From Squalus acanthias (taxonomy: Eukaryota), in the NCBI GenBank assembly GCA_030390025.1, contig CM059431.1, forward strand, positions 145,268,001-145,332,000: DNA of 64,000 nt. The letters are read 5' to 3'. The notes beneath the pieces are model-generated. The model made no database searches. It was not told the origin of the DNA and saw only the letters and a program-made list of their open reading frames with translations. The position numbers and the translations under genes were made by a program. Shown in pieces: positions 11,288-22,560 of the stretch. Each line of letters opens with the position of its first letter. Positions within the stretch are counted from its first letter, which is position 1.

Positions 11288-12809
11288 AGCTCGCTGTGGA
11301 ACATTAGAATTCACTGTTAGTTCCTATTGCAACTTAGATTTGGGGTTCACTCTCCATACATATACATCAAGATGGTTCTTGTTAAGTCTCTCAGGTACGG
11401 GACTATATATGTGCCCCCTGTGGCACTTAACCCAACATTGACCCTGCGTTTCAACAGTTCGTTAACTGATGACCCCTGCCCAATGAGGACATTCCGCCTT
11501 TCGTATGATAAGTGTCAGTGATGAATGAATTTTAATAATGAAGCAGAATATTTGATCAACGTGTTTAATATGTGACAGAGCGAGGACATTAATTTAATTC
11601 TACCGTGTAATTGACAGGAATATCCGCCAGATTTAGGATAAGATTCGTTTTTTTTGAACTCCTGGTGACCTTACTTTTTCTCACAGGTTTGCTGAAAATG
11701 CTGATTGGACTGATTGAAGCTGCACCGACCGCCTCATCCCGTCTCCTGGGAATAAGGAGCTGTGCCGCTGTCTCATTCACAGTGTTGCGATGGTTCTACA
11801 TTTCTTTGAATGTTAACTGGCGTTGCGTCGTTTTACCTGTTTTTTCTGATGTCTCTCTACTGAGAATTAGTTGAATGCTTTGCAGCTACATTAAAGTAAA
11901 GCTGATATTTGCTTTTACTAATTTTGTCACAGGGAACCTGATTGCAGTTAATCTGAATCAGCGACCTGGTTACACATGTAACGCTGTGTAAGAATTCATA
12001 ATATCTTAAATAATAGGGGCAGTTAATTCAACTATCTGCACAATGTAATAGTCAGGTATTGAGATGGAACAATACTCTGCCTGTGTTTGCACAAAGACAA
12101 TAATATGTAATACCCCTGCCTTTTACCAACTGGTGTTGACCGGGTATCCCCAGTGAAAGGCGGTGTATTGGGAGCTCCGCCCGGGCCCACTGGGGACCTG
12201 GGTTTGAGAGCGTTGCTCAGTGCAAAGACACCAGATGAATACTTGAGCCAATTAACTAACATTTTTTCCGCCCTCCTGTAATGACTCACCTGAATTTTTT
12301 TTCCAACATAAGCAGCGGTGTTTGGGTTAGTGATTGGAAGATGTGGATGAGAGGCTGCCCCTGGGATTGGTCAAATCCAACGTTCACACTGCAGGATGTG
12401 TAAGATCAGCAGAGGTGATGCCGCGGACTGCTTCCACTCTCCTTCAATATATCCGGTTACACATAGAATATGTGTAACCGGGTATATAGTGTCCACTCGA
12501 TGTTTAAACGCCTTCTGTGATTGATGGGCATCACATATATAGGTTATTCTGTTGTTTCAAATTTCTTTCAAAATATATTTGCTGGAATGTGTTTTATTTT
12601 TCATAAAAGGTTTGTGCGCTTTCTCCCATCTACTGATGCCTGCAAATCTCTGCATGGCGTTGTTTTGCGCCCAGTTGGGCATTTGCAGATGGTTATACAA
12701 CATGCCCGATATTCAGCTCTCGTGACGTCAATGTACCTGAATATTGGGCTCAGTGTATAACAGGCGATCGATGCGAGACCGATCGTTTCGTGTCCCCCGC
12801 CCATGCCCA

Positions 12810-12981
12810 ATGTTGTCCTATTTGGTGATTTATCTTATTGTTTTTGTGGGATCTTGCTGTTCGCAAATTGGCTTAGGAATTTCCTGACATTACTGCAGTG
12901 ACTATACTTTAAAAGTATTTTATTCGCTTTGAGGCGCATAAGGATGTCTTGAGGCCTTGAAAGGCGTTATATAAATACAAG
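12810..12981 (+). mobile_element. 3' half of the same SINE family
   Basis: gtgggatcttgctgt...caaattggct...tgaaaggcgttatataaatacaag aligns with 8670-8815. Confidence 0.7.
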
Positions 12982-13127
12982 GGGTGGAAACTCAACTTGG
13001 GGAGAAGCAAAATCACATCGCTTCCTGTTATAGGCACCGTCCAATATTCCTTTCCATAGCAGCGTGTAACAGTCGAGCGATATGACGCCGCCGGTTTGGC
13101 CACTCCTCCCATGGTTAATTTCACCCC
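12981..13127. mobile_element. Small MITE-like element
   Basis: Imperfect terminal inverted repeats ggggtggaaactcaac ... ggttaatttcacccc. Confidence 0.5.
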
Positions 13128-14149
13128 AAGTTCTTCATTTTCATCCAATCCTCCAGGATTAGTTGTAAGGAACATTTTAGCGACCCCAATTTAAGCTGTT
13201 TTAAACATTAGTTGTGAAGTTACATATCGATCGATTTGGGTTTAATGGAAACTGAATATCTTGAAGCTAAACTTATTTTCAATTTCGGTCTGGGCGGAAA
13301 TCTATCTGGAGCGGACTGTCCGCCAGTCATACACGCCACCGAATTTCCCTTCGATTGACTCTGATGAAAAAGACAATTGGGCGGTGTACAAAATATCCCA
13401 CCGGCATTTTACACCCATCGAGGTTGGAATGTTCACATGAACCTGTGGCTTATTCGGCAGAATTAACTGAAACGGAGGGAAGTTCAGTAGATACGGAGTT
13501 ATTATCTTATTCCATTTGTTCCGAATACTAATTGATAAAGTGCCGACACTGGTGAAGAAGCCCTCGATGTTTCAAAATTCTGCTATCAGAGTCAGCTGGG
13601 CAGTGGCAACATTTCGATTGTGGTTCTGATTTGAGTTCCTGTAGATGAAACCGACTCTCATAAATTCTTAGACACAGCAACAGATTTAAATGTTTGCTGT
13701 AAATCTATTGCATAATGAGGTAGAAAGAAAGACTGGAATAGTGGGGGTGTAACTGGCGCGAGGTTCTCCGTTGTGTATCTATAAGTCGCAACACGATGAT
13801 CACGTTGGATGTGTTTGTATAACAGTGCAGAGAGTTCTGTGGTTGTAGACTGTTAGTGGAGGATTATAGAGCTCCGTCCTGCATCTGACGGCCGCACTTA
13901 GCGTTGGAATCTGCTTGTTCCATTCAATGTTAGAGGAATCTAAAGAGATCTTAACCTTGGCCGGAATTAATACATTTTACGTTAGATTAAAGGTACAAAT
14001 CAATGCACAGAGCCGATGTCCACAATCAAATGATCTCGAAAAAATAGTACGCAGAAATATTAGCGATGTATTTTTATCCTTGAAATACAAAAAATAAAAT
14101 AAAACAAACAAACTGCAGGGAGTGAAAGATTTAGGAGGTCCTGAATATA

Positions 14150-14435
14150 ATTCGTGACACGTCACAGAATCGCCTGAGCGTTGCACCCATTGGCTGTTAG
14201 TGTCAGAAGTGTGGCGAACCAGATTCAACTTTGAAAGTCCCCCTATGTCATCATGAGCCCCTACCCCAGACTGTGGCGCTCTTCACAATGGGCTGCAGGA
14301 AATGAGGTCACAGCCTGATTGTCTTAGAACAGGAAATGCCGCCGCCGATCAGTGTCTGTGTCAGAATGCGTCGGCTTTCTCAGTGACCGGATGTCAGTTT
14401 TCCCAGTCCCGGAATTCCGCCGGAGAACCAATTGA
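14150..14435. promoter_or_regulatory. Promoter-like motif cluster (CRE/E-box, CCAAT, ETS)
   Basis: gtgacacgtcac, ccattggct, caggaaat x2, accggatgt, ccggaa and aaccaat in a locally CpG-retaining stretch. Confidence 0.4.
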
Positions 14436-14859
14436 GGGGAGTAAAACTCAACACCAAGTCCGTCAGCCCCAGGATATCAGTTCACTCTGCAACTCTACAA
14501 GCAAAGAACAGGAGAATTGAATCAATTGTCATTGGGCAATGCAAATCGGACAGTAATTCTATAATGCCTAAAGTGCCATATAACAAAGTAGATTTCATTT
14601 AATGTAATTAATTTAATATCGTTTAATTTAATTTATTTCAATTTAATTGAATGTACTCTCGTTTAATTTAATTTCATGTTATTTTATTTTCAAACTCTCT
14701 TTAAGCTGCCATTGTGATTTCTGTCACTGTTGTATTTAAATGCTGCAACTTCCAAAGATAACAACAGTGGATATTCCTGAGACATGTTGGAACTCTAGGG
14801 CGCTTCACGTGTCCATGATAATCACGTGTCCATGAAGTGCCTCCATCTGCTCGAACTTT

Positions 14860-15995
14860 AGCTCAGAGTTTCTGAACTTGAGGAGCGGCAGGCGGCATTG
14901 CAGGACTGATAATTTGCTCGACCACATGTTCCAGGAGGTGGTCAACCCGCAGCAACAGTGAGTTCAGGAGGATAGTAAGTTGGCAGTTTGCGAAGAGGTA
15001 GGTGGTGCTGGGATCCTCCGGGAGTCTGGCACTCTCAAGAATAGGGCCTATTATGGGCCAAAAAGGAGATCTGCTTGTGCAAGCAGGGGGCAAGACTTAA
15101 GTACTAAATGAGTACTTTGCATGTGTCTTCACTAAAGAAAAGGATGCGGCCCATGTCACAGTAAAATAAGCGATAGGTGAGAAATTGGATAGGAAAAACA
15201 TAAATAAGAGGAGACATACAAAAGGTTGGCAGCACTCAATGTAACAAAGTCGCCCGGCCCAAATGGGCTGTATCCTAGGTAGCTGATGGAAGTAAGGGTT
15301 AAAATTGCAGAGACTCTGTACAAAATCTTCAAATCCTCCTTAGATATGGGAGTGCTGTCACAGTAGTAAAGGATTGCAAATATTACACCCTTTCAAAAAA
15401 CGGGAGAGGGATAAACCCGACAAATATAGGCCAGTCAGCCTAACGTCCGCGGAAACATTTGGAGACAATAATCCGACATAAATTTATATAGCACTTTCAC
15501 AACGTGGGTTAATCAATGAAAGCCAGCACGGATTATTTTACTAACTTGATCGAGTTCTTTTATGAAGTAACTGAGTGGGTTGATGACGACAGTGCAGTTG
15601 ATGTTGTTTATATCGACTTTAAAACGACGTTTGATAAAGTACTACATTATAGAACTGTAAGCAAAATTGAAGTCAGAATTTAAATCAAAATTGAAAACAG
15701 AAAGCTGGAAGCTTAAGATAAATGTTAGGTAAATAAATCAGTGGAGCACCTGGATGAATGCAAATTAGGAAGGATTTTCATAAAGTCAATAAGGAGAAAT
15801 TATTTTCAGTGACAGACTGCTCGGTAACCAGAGGAAACCGATTTAAGGTAATTGGCACAAAACCCAGTGGGGACATGAGGAAAAATAAGTGAAAAATATT
15901 AGTAGCAGAGGAGTGGGACGAATTGGTTATCTCTTTGAAAGAGCCGGCACAGGCACAGTCGGCCAAATGATCTCCTTCTGTACTGTATAATTCGA
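14860..15995 (+). mobile_element. Old internally deleted CR1 (ORF1 remnant, ORF2 pieces, 3' end)
   Basis: LRVSELEERQAAL...DHMFQEVV (ORF1-like), then gagtactttgcatgtgtcttcact, aggccagtcagcctaacg and a 3' UTR-like end. Confidence 0.7.
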
Positions 15996-16439
15996 GGATG
16001 CTATGATTGTATGATCTTCCGTGCCATTGTTCGTAGTGAGTCGCAGTCTAGAGTGTAAATTTAACAAATTCTTCACAAAGAAAGCGGAGATACTGATTGT
16101 TGGGAGCGGATATGGGGTCTTGAAGTATTTTGGGAGATGTGGGCTCACAGTGAGGAGCTCAGACTTCAGAGAAAGACACAAATTCAGTGAACCCTTTGCG
16201 AGGCCTTTCTCACCATTTAACGCTAACAGTTAAGTAAGGGTTATTTCCTTCAAGAGAAATTTGAATCAATCAGAAAAGTATAGCATTGTTTGAACTATTG
16301 CTAGTGGTTCAATTGAAGCGTATCACACACTATATCCAATCATTACAATACATTAGTGAAGCTATTAAATTCATAAAAAATCATTTAAAATTTGAATTGA
16401 AACTAAACATTGGGAGTTTAGCAATTATCTGTGAAAAAT

Positions 16440-16690
16440 ACCTCCTGTAGTTTCACCCCAAACGTGCATCTCTTTCTGGACCCGGATCCTTATATTTTGT
16501 TAAATTTTTAAAAAGAAGCTCAGCCCAGTACCGGTCTCCCATAATGCATCAGTTCAGTTGGAGTCTCTGTCACGGGTGGACTACAATTCCCAGAATCCAG
16601 CAGGGTATCAGTGCACGTCAGTTCGTGTAACTCTCAATTTTGCAATGCAGCATAGCCCCGCCCCATCTTCTCTTTCGACCAATTCTTTAG
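16440..16690. promoter_or_regulatory. Housekeeping-type promoter motif cluster (2x ZNF143/SBS, E-box/CRE, GC box, CCAAT)
   Basis: ctcccataatgcatca 16536-16551; actacaattcccagaatcc 16580-16598; gcacgtca ~16613-16620; gccccgcccc 16655-16664; ccaat 16679-16683. Confidence 0.65.
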
Positions 16691-18809
16691 TAAGGAGGTA
16701 AAGGAGTGAATGAAGGATTCATCTTCTTCCTCAGCATTTATGCTTCAGGATAATGCAATCCAGCATTTCAACAATGGGATCTCCACGACGTGGGAAAATA
16801 CTTGGATTAGCAACACAGGAGATTCCGTGTATTTGATGCTGTGTAGGGCCCCTTCAACACAACACAACCGAATTCCTCTGTTTGTACTTCAGTGAAGTAG
16901 CTATAACTGCGTTGCCAGCTTTTGATTTCTTAACGTAGGGACTGGCACCACAGACTATCCCATTAACAAGTGCGCGTATGATTAGGATAAATTGGCAATT
17001 TAACAAAATAATGTTAAATTATAGAGTTCGTGTTATTGCCTCCTAAACTGCAGTATATGGATTGACAGGAGTTTCCACTTAAATGTGTACTTTTTGATAA
17101 TCCTCCCTTCTTTCAGGATAATTTTCTGGCCTGCTTCGTTGTATATCTTGACAGTTTAACTCCTCAGATCGAAATTCATCAGTTTACCTTTGCCTGTGTC
17201 ATGCAGCACATGGATGTTGCAGTTTGTTTACAGAAGGTTATGTTTGGCATGTGATAAACTTTCGCTAATATAGTTGTCAACCTCAGAGCCAGATAGGTTT
17301 GTGCTGAATGACCCTCCTGGTAATTCAGTAAATACAGGATACAGTTACCCACTGAGCTGAAATGTTCCACCCGGCGCCCCTGCTTACCCCTCATTTCACA
17401 TTTTTAACTTAAAGATCTTTATGATTGAACTCCTTGATACAGTGAAGCATTTGGGTAATTTCTGCATTCTCCTCGTAACATTAAAACTGACATTAGATCA
17501 GCTGGAGGTTTCCTCTTTTCTAAAGATAGAAAGCAGGATTTTCTATAATTTCTTCAAACGTGGAATTGTGAATCCCTGGAATTTCTGGTACTGAGCGGTG
17601 TGACCTATAAAGTGCAAAAATATCCTTTCCATTATTAGCTTACCAGAACTGCCCACACAGCCCAAATGATGTAAACCCAACACTTCTTCTGCCAACAATC
17701 CCCTGCCCTCTATTTCTAAATAAGCCATTAATGTGTTCCCCTATATTCCTTTATTATATTTCTAATTAGCAGTTCGTTGGTTCCACTTAATGTTCCTGTT
17801 CTCCATTTCTAATTAAACATTTACAGTGTTCCCCTAAATTTCCCTTAATTCTATTTCTAATGTTGCTTCACGTGTTCCGCTGAATTCCCCTGTCCTCTAG
17901 TTTTCATTCTAAAGATTAGGAGCAAGTCTGTTCCATAGAGAGACCGTCGCTCATTGAAATAACGGTTCCAGAAATTTGTTTTGAATTTACCCCCACCAAT
18001 CTCAGGCCATGTCCTCTGGTTTTACAGTCCTGGACAAGGTGAAACAGCTCGTCATGATCCACATTACCTAGTGGATAAAGAGCAGTGTCTCGCACATATT
18101 CAGGTGCCCGGTATTCCTGTGCCCTTTTTATGTTTGTCATAGGATTGTTAACATGAAAAGGGTAATGGAACTTCTGGTGCTGAGGCCAGCTACAATTCAA
18201 CAATTTATGTGGTTTACACGGGGCCGCATTTTGCGGACCTATGGGTGCGTATGACTTGCGCCCGCATCCGTAGGGGCCGCGCAAGTTCCAGGTTTAGGCA
18301 TGCGAAGCGTATACGCTAAAACATTTGAAATTGCAATCTGGCGCAGATTTGCGCTATTTGTCCAACTACTGGCCAGCAGTTACTGACGAATCTGCAACGA
18401 CAGAAAAAAAGCAGGCGGACAGCCGGCATTCTATCTAAAGCAGAAGCAGGAGGAAGACGTGGAAGTCAGGGGGCTGGAAACCGGACTGTTTTAACGTTTA
18501 AATTTAACAAAGTTCTTGGTACCAAGCCTGATTTAAGTTTGTAACAACTTTAGTTTGTTAAATATTTCATTGGTTTTGGATCTAGTTCTGAGAGTGTTGG
18601 TGATTAGAGAGAAACTTTCGCTGTGGACAAGGTAAGCATTCCATTCAAATAGTTATCTTTTTTAAACTTGAAAATGACTGTTTAAAAATGATTTTGTTCA
18701 CATTAACTCATGTTTAAAATTATGCCAAAATATATGAATGTTTTAAATGTTAACTTTTTTATGCTGTTTACAAATTAATGTATGACTTTATAAAATGTTT
18801 TAAAAGTCT

Positions 18810-18907
18810 TAGAAATTGTTCTCAGGCGGTGATATTGATCAGGCGGGACTGACGGGCGGCCGAGCCGATACCGCCCGTTTCACATCACCGCCCGCCGTGA
18901 ATTTCTA
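18810..18907. mobile_element. ~98-bp hairpin MITE
   Basis: tagaaatt..ggcggtgat..ggcgg is inverted to ccgcc..atcaccgcc..aatttcta. Confidence 0.55.
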
Positions 18908-19002
18908 ATAACTCACTTTATTAACATGACGTTTACAACTCTTTCCATTTCTTCCCAACAGTTACTGCATCTATTTAAAGAGGATGCCTGTGAGGCAGAA
19001 TC

Positions 19003-20153
19003 ATGCTTCATGAGGAGTTTGCCCTGATCTTTTGTGTGATTCTGACTCATACAATCGAAAACGCCAGGGAACAACAAAGAAGATTGAGGAACCATGACTG
19101 CCACCTAATCAGGAGGAACTACTACCCAACCAGAGAGGGCACAGGGAGAGGCTGTCTTTTCAGATGATGTGGGAGGATTTGTGTGTGAGGAGGCTGCAGT
19201 TTTGTAAAGAGACATTTGCCCTATTATGTTACATGTTGAATGACGGCCTTCAAACACGCTCGAAGACCCTCACTTGCTTGTCAGTGTCCATGAAGGTAAC
19301 CACAGCACTGAACTTCTTTGCTTGCGGGTCAGTTCAGTCAAGCACCTGTGACATTTCAAACATCTTCCAGAGTGCTCGAGGACCTGCTTTCACCAGGTCA
19401 CAGATGCCATATTCCGCAGGGCTTCTGAGTTCATAGACTTCGACTTGTCCACTCAGCAGCAAAAGGGGAGGCCCTTTTATTTTATAGGATTGCTGGCTTC
19501 CCAAAGTGATTGGGGCCGTCGGTGGAACCCATGTTGCAGTAAAGGCACCAATTGATGCACCTGTGACATACAACAACAGGAAGGGGTTTAATTCTTTAAA
19601 TGTAATAATCGTCTGTGATGCGCAACTCAGGATCCTAAACATGAATGCAGTTCACCGGGGAAGTGCTCATGACTACTTTGCCCTCCGTCACTAGGACTTA
19701 TATCGCACCCGCAGTGCATTGCCTCCAGGATCTGCATGGATATTGGGCGACAAGAGCTACCCGATAAAACCATGGTTGATGACACCATACCGCAGGACCA
19801 ATAATGAGGATCAGGAGAGATACAACCGTGGCCACGTGTCCACACGGCAAGTGGTGTAGAGGACAATCGGAGTTCTGAAATCATGCTTCCGGTGCCTGGA
19901 CAGGACGGTGGGGGGGGCGGAGTTTGCAGTATTCTCCTCTGTAAGTGGCAAGGATTGTGGTGTCCTTTTGTGCTTTGCATAACTTTGCCCTGCGGAAGGA
20001 CTGACCCTTAACCCTGCAGATGAGCTCCCTGCTGAAATGGAGGACATGGAGGATGCCAATATCTTTGTGGCCAGGCCTGATGGGGAGGAACCAAGTTCTG
20101 CCGAAACCAAAGCTGCCAGGGAACTGCTGGTAGCCAACACGTTTATGAGGTGA
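19003..20153 (+). pseudogene. HARBI1-like (DDE_Tnp_4) Harbinger transposase pseudogene
   Basis: EDLCVRRLQF, KVTTALNFFACGS, GAVGGTHV (catalytic D>G), YNNRKGFNSLNV, GSAHD, LGDKSYP..PWLMTP, VV*RTIGVLKSCFRCLD (catalytic E>TAG at 19857); several frameshifts. Confidence 0.9.
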
Positions 20154-20839
20154 TGATAGTGTCGCCTCCTACCTCCCCCTCCCCCAGCAAGGCACAGAGA
20201 AGAACAGATACAATTTAAAGTGAAACAGTGAACGTTTATTGCACCATGAAAGACTTTTGTTATACTGTGTTGATGTTCTTCGTCTTTAAATACAAATTGT
20301 TAGCTAGCTATTTTCTACTTTGTAAACATTTGCAAAGATAAATTGGTTGATAAAAAATGTAAACCGTTTAATGTGACTGTTTGGGATTCTTAGTGCAATA
20401 AAGACTTTACATTAAAGATGAAATCTAGCTATTTTCTATTTTTTTAAACAGTTGTAATGTTCAATTAGTTGTTAATCAAAAAAGTTGTAAAAAGAAATAA
20501 AGTGACTGGAGGCTTTACACATAAAACGAAATGGTTAAATACACTATGAGTCACAAATATAAATTACACGCAATAACACAACGCCAGCATTTAAATAACA
20601 GCAAACATTAAAACATTGACAGATATCCCCCTCGCAACTGTGCCTGAGCATCGAAAGAGGTGAATTGTGCAAAAGGTGGCACCTACTGTCTCCTGCGCTT
20701 TCCCCTTCCCCGTGACCGGAGCCCTCTCAGACCAAGTGAAAGGCCCCTGTGGACAATCTCTGGCCCTTCAGCAACTGGCTCGTGACAGGGTTACTGCTGC
20801 TGCTGCTGCTGAAAGGCAACATATACATGCAGATTTAAA

Positions 20840-21210
20840 CTACCTCTACACCGTCCCATCAAACACTCCCAGGTCAGGTACAGCATGGGTTACATACAGT
20901 GTAAAGCATATTTAAACTGCCGATAAAATACTCCCACGACATGTCCAGCACGGGTCACAAACAGAGTAAATCTCCCTTCACATTATCCCATCAAATACTC
21001 CCACAATATGTCTAGCACGGGGTAAATATAGAGTAAAGCTCCCTCCACACTATCCCATCAAAGACTCGCAGGTCAGGAATAGCATGGGTTACATACAGAG
21101 TAAAGCTCCCTCCATACTATCCCATCAAAGACTCCAAGGTGAGGTACAGCACGGGTCGCATACAAAAAGTCCCCTCGACACTGTTCCATCAAACACTCAC
21201 AGGGCAGACA
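20840..21210. repeat. ~67-bp minisatellite, ~5.5 diverged copies
   Basis: Unit ctccctccacactatcccatcaaacactcccaggtcaggtacagcatgggttacatacagagtaaag; unit starts at 21039 and 21106. Confidence 0.85.
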
Positions 21211-21720
21211 GGAGTTGGAAACATTGCAAATTTCACTTTATTATCGTTCATCAAGCAAAGTGAACTCAGATACAGCATTAGATAAAGCTACCCAATGGAC
21301 CTCACCATCTCACGTACAGAATACAGGCCAGAAATCCCTGTACATGTAAGCATCACGCATTCCCAGGTGAGGTATGGGCGAGCTTTACATACCAGTGAAT
21401 CCAGAGTCAAATTATCGCATCAAATACCGAGCCTTCTGCAAAACATTAAACGGCGCCCAATAGCTTATTAGAATCTCACCTTGAAAAAATCCTGTACTGA
21501 TGGGATTTTCAGCCTTTCCAATCATCGATGAAGCTTCCTGTTTTATGCCGTCTTGTCCAATGTGAGTGTTGGTCACACCAGGTCTGTTCTGTGAAACCAG
21601 AGACCTTTCTCTAGTCCCAGTTAGTTTATAAAATCAGCGACAGTCGTTTATATTATCGGCCCGGACCACAGAAAACACTCCTGACCCCGCAAAAGTGGCA
21701 GGAAATTCCCTTGGAGAGAC

Positions 21721-22560
21721 CACAATGGCATGGGTGTGGGGATTAAATCCCTGTTGCAATGGGAGGCTCTTTGCGCCTGTTACTGAGGCCCATATGCTGC
21801 CTTTGGCCGATACTACAATGGGGCTGGTGTGGGGAATGAAACCATGTTGTACTGGGAGTCTCTCTGAGTCTGTTGCTGAGGTCCATGTGCTGCCTTTGGC
21901 CGATACTACAATGGGGCTGGTGTGGGGAATGAAACCATGTTGTACTGGGAGTCTCTCTGAGTCTGTTGCTGAGGTCCATGTGCTACCTTTGGCCGATACT
22001 ACAATGTTGCTGCTGTGGGGAATGAAACCATGTTGTACTGGGAGTCTCTCTGAGTCTGCTGCTGATGTCGATGTGCTGCCTTTGGCCGATACTACAATGG
22101 GGCTGGTGTGGGGAATCAATCCATGTTGTACTGGGTGTCTCTCTGAGTCTGTTGCTGAGGCCCATGTGCTGCCTTTGGCCGACACTACAATGGGGCTGGT
22201 GTGGGGAATGAAACCATGTTGTACTGGGAGTCTCTCTGAGTCTGTTGCTGAGGTCCATGTGCTGCCTTTGGCCGATATTACAATGGGGCTGGTGTGGGGA
22301 ATGAAACCATGTTGTACTGGGAGTCTCTCGGAGTCTGTTGCTGAGGCCCATGTGCTGCCTTTGGCCGACACTACAATGGGGCTGGTGTGGGGAATGAAAC
22401 CATGTTGTACTGGGAGTCTCTCTGAGTCTGTTGCTGAGGTCCATGTGCTGCCTTTGGCCGATATTACAATGGGGCTGGTGTGGGGAATGAAACCATGTTG
22501 TACTGGGAGTCTCTCGGAGTCTGTTGCTGAGGCCCATGTGCTGCCTTTGGCCGATACTGC
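21721..22560. repeat. 93-bp (31-codon) minisatellite, ~9 copies
   Basis: ctttggccga at 21801, 21894 and onward; near-identical units, no internal indels seen; open frames on both strands. Confidence 0.95.

Larger units (their letters stand above)
18220..20600 (+). mobile_element. PIF/Harbinger DNA transposon relic (right end not identified)
   Basis: GC-rich candidate left end ggggccgcattttgcgg at ~18220; putative 5' UTR intron (aag|gtaagc 18632, cttcccaacag| 18961); transposase remnant; AT-rich 3' region with AATAAA on both strands. Confidence 0.7.
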
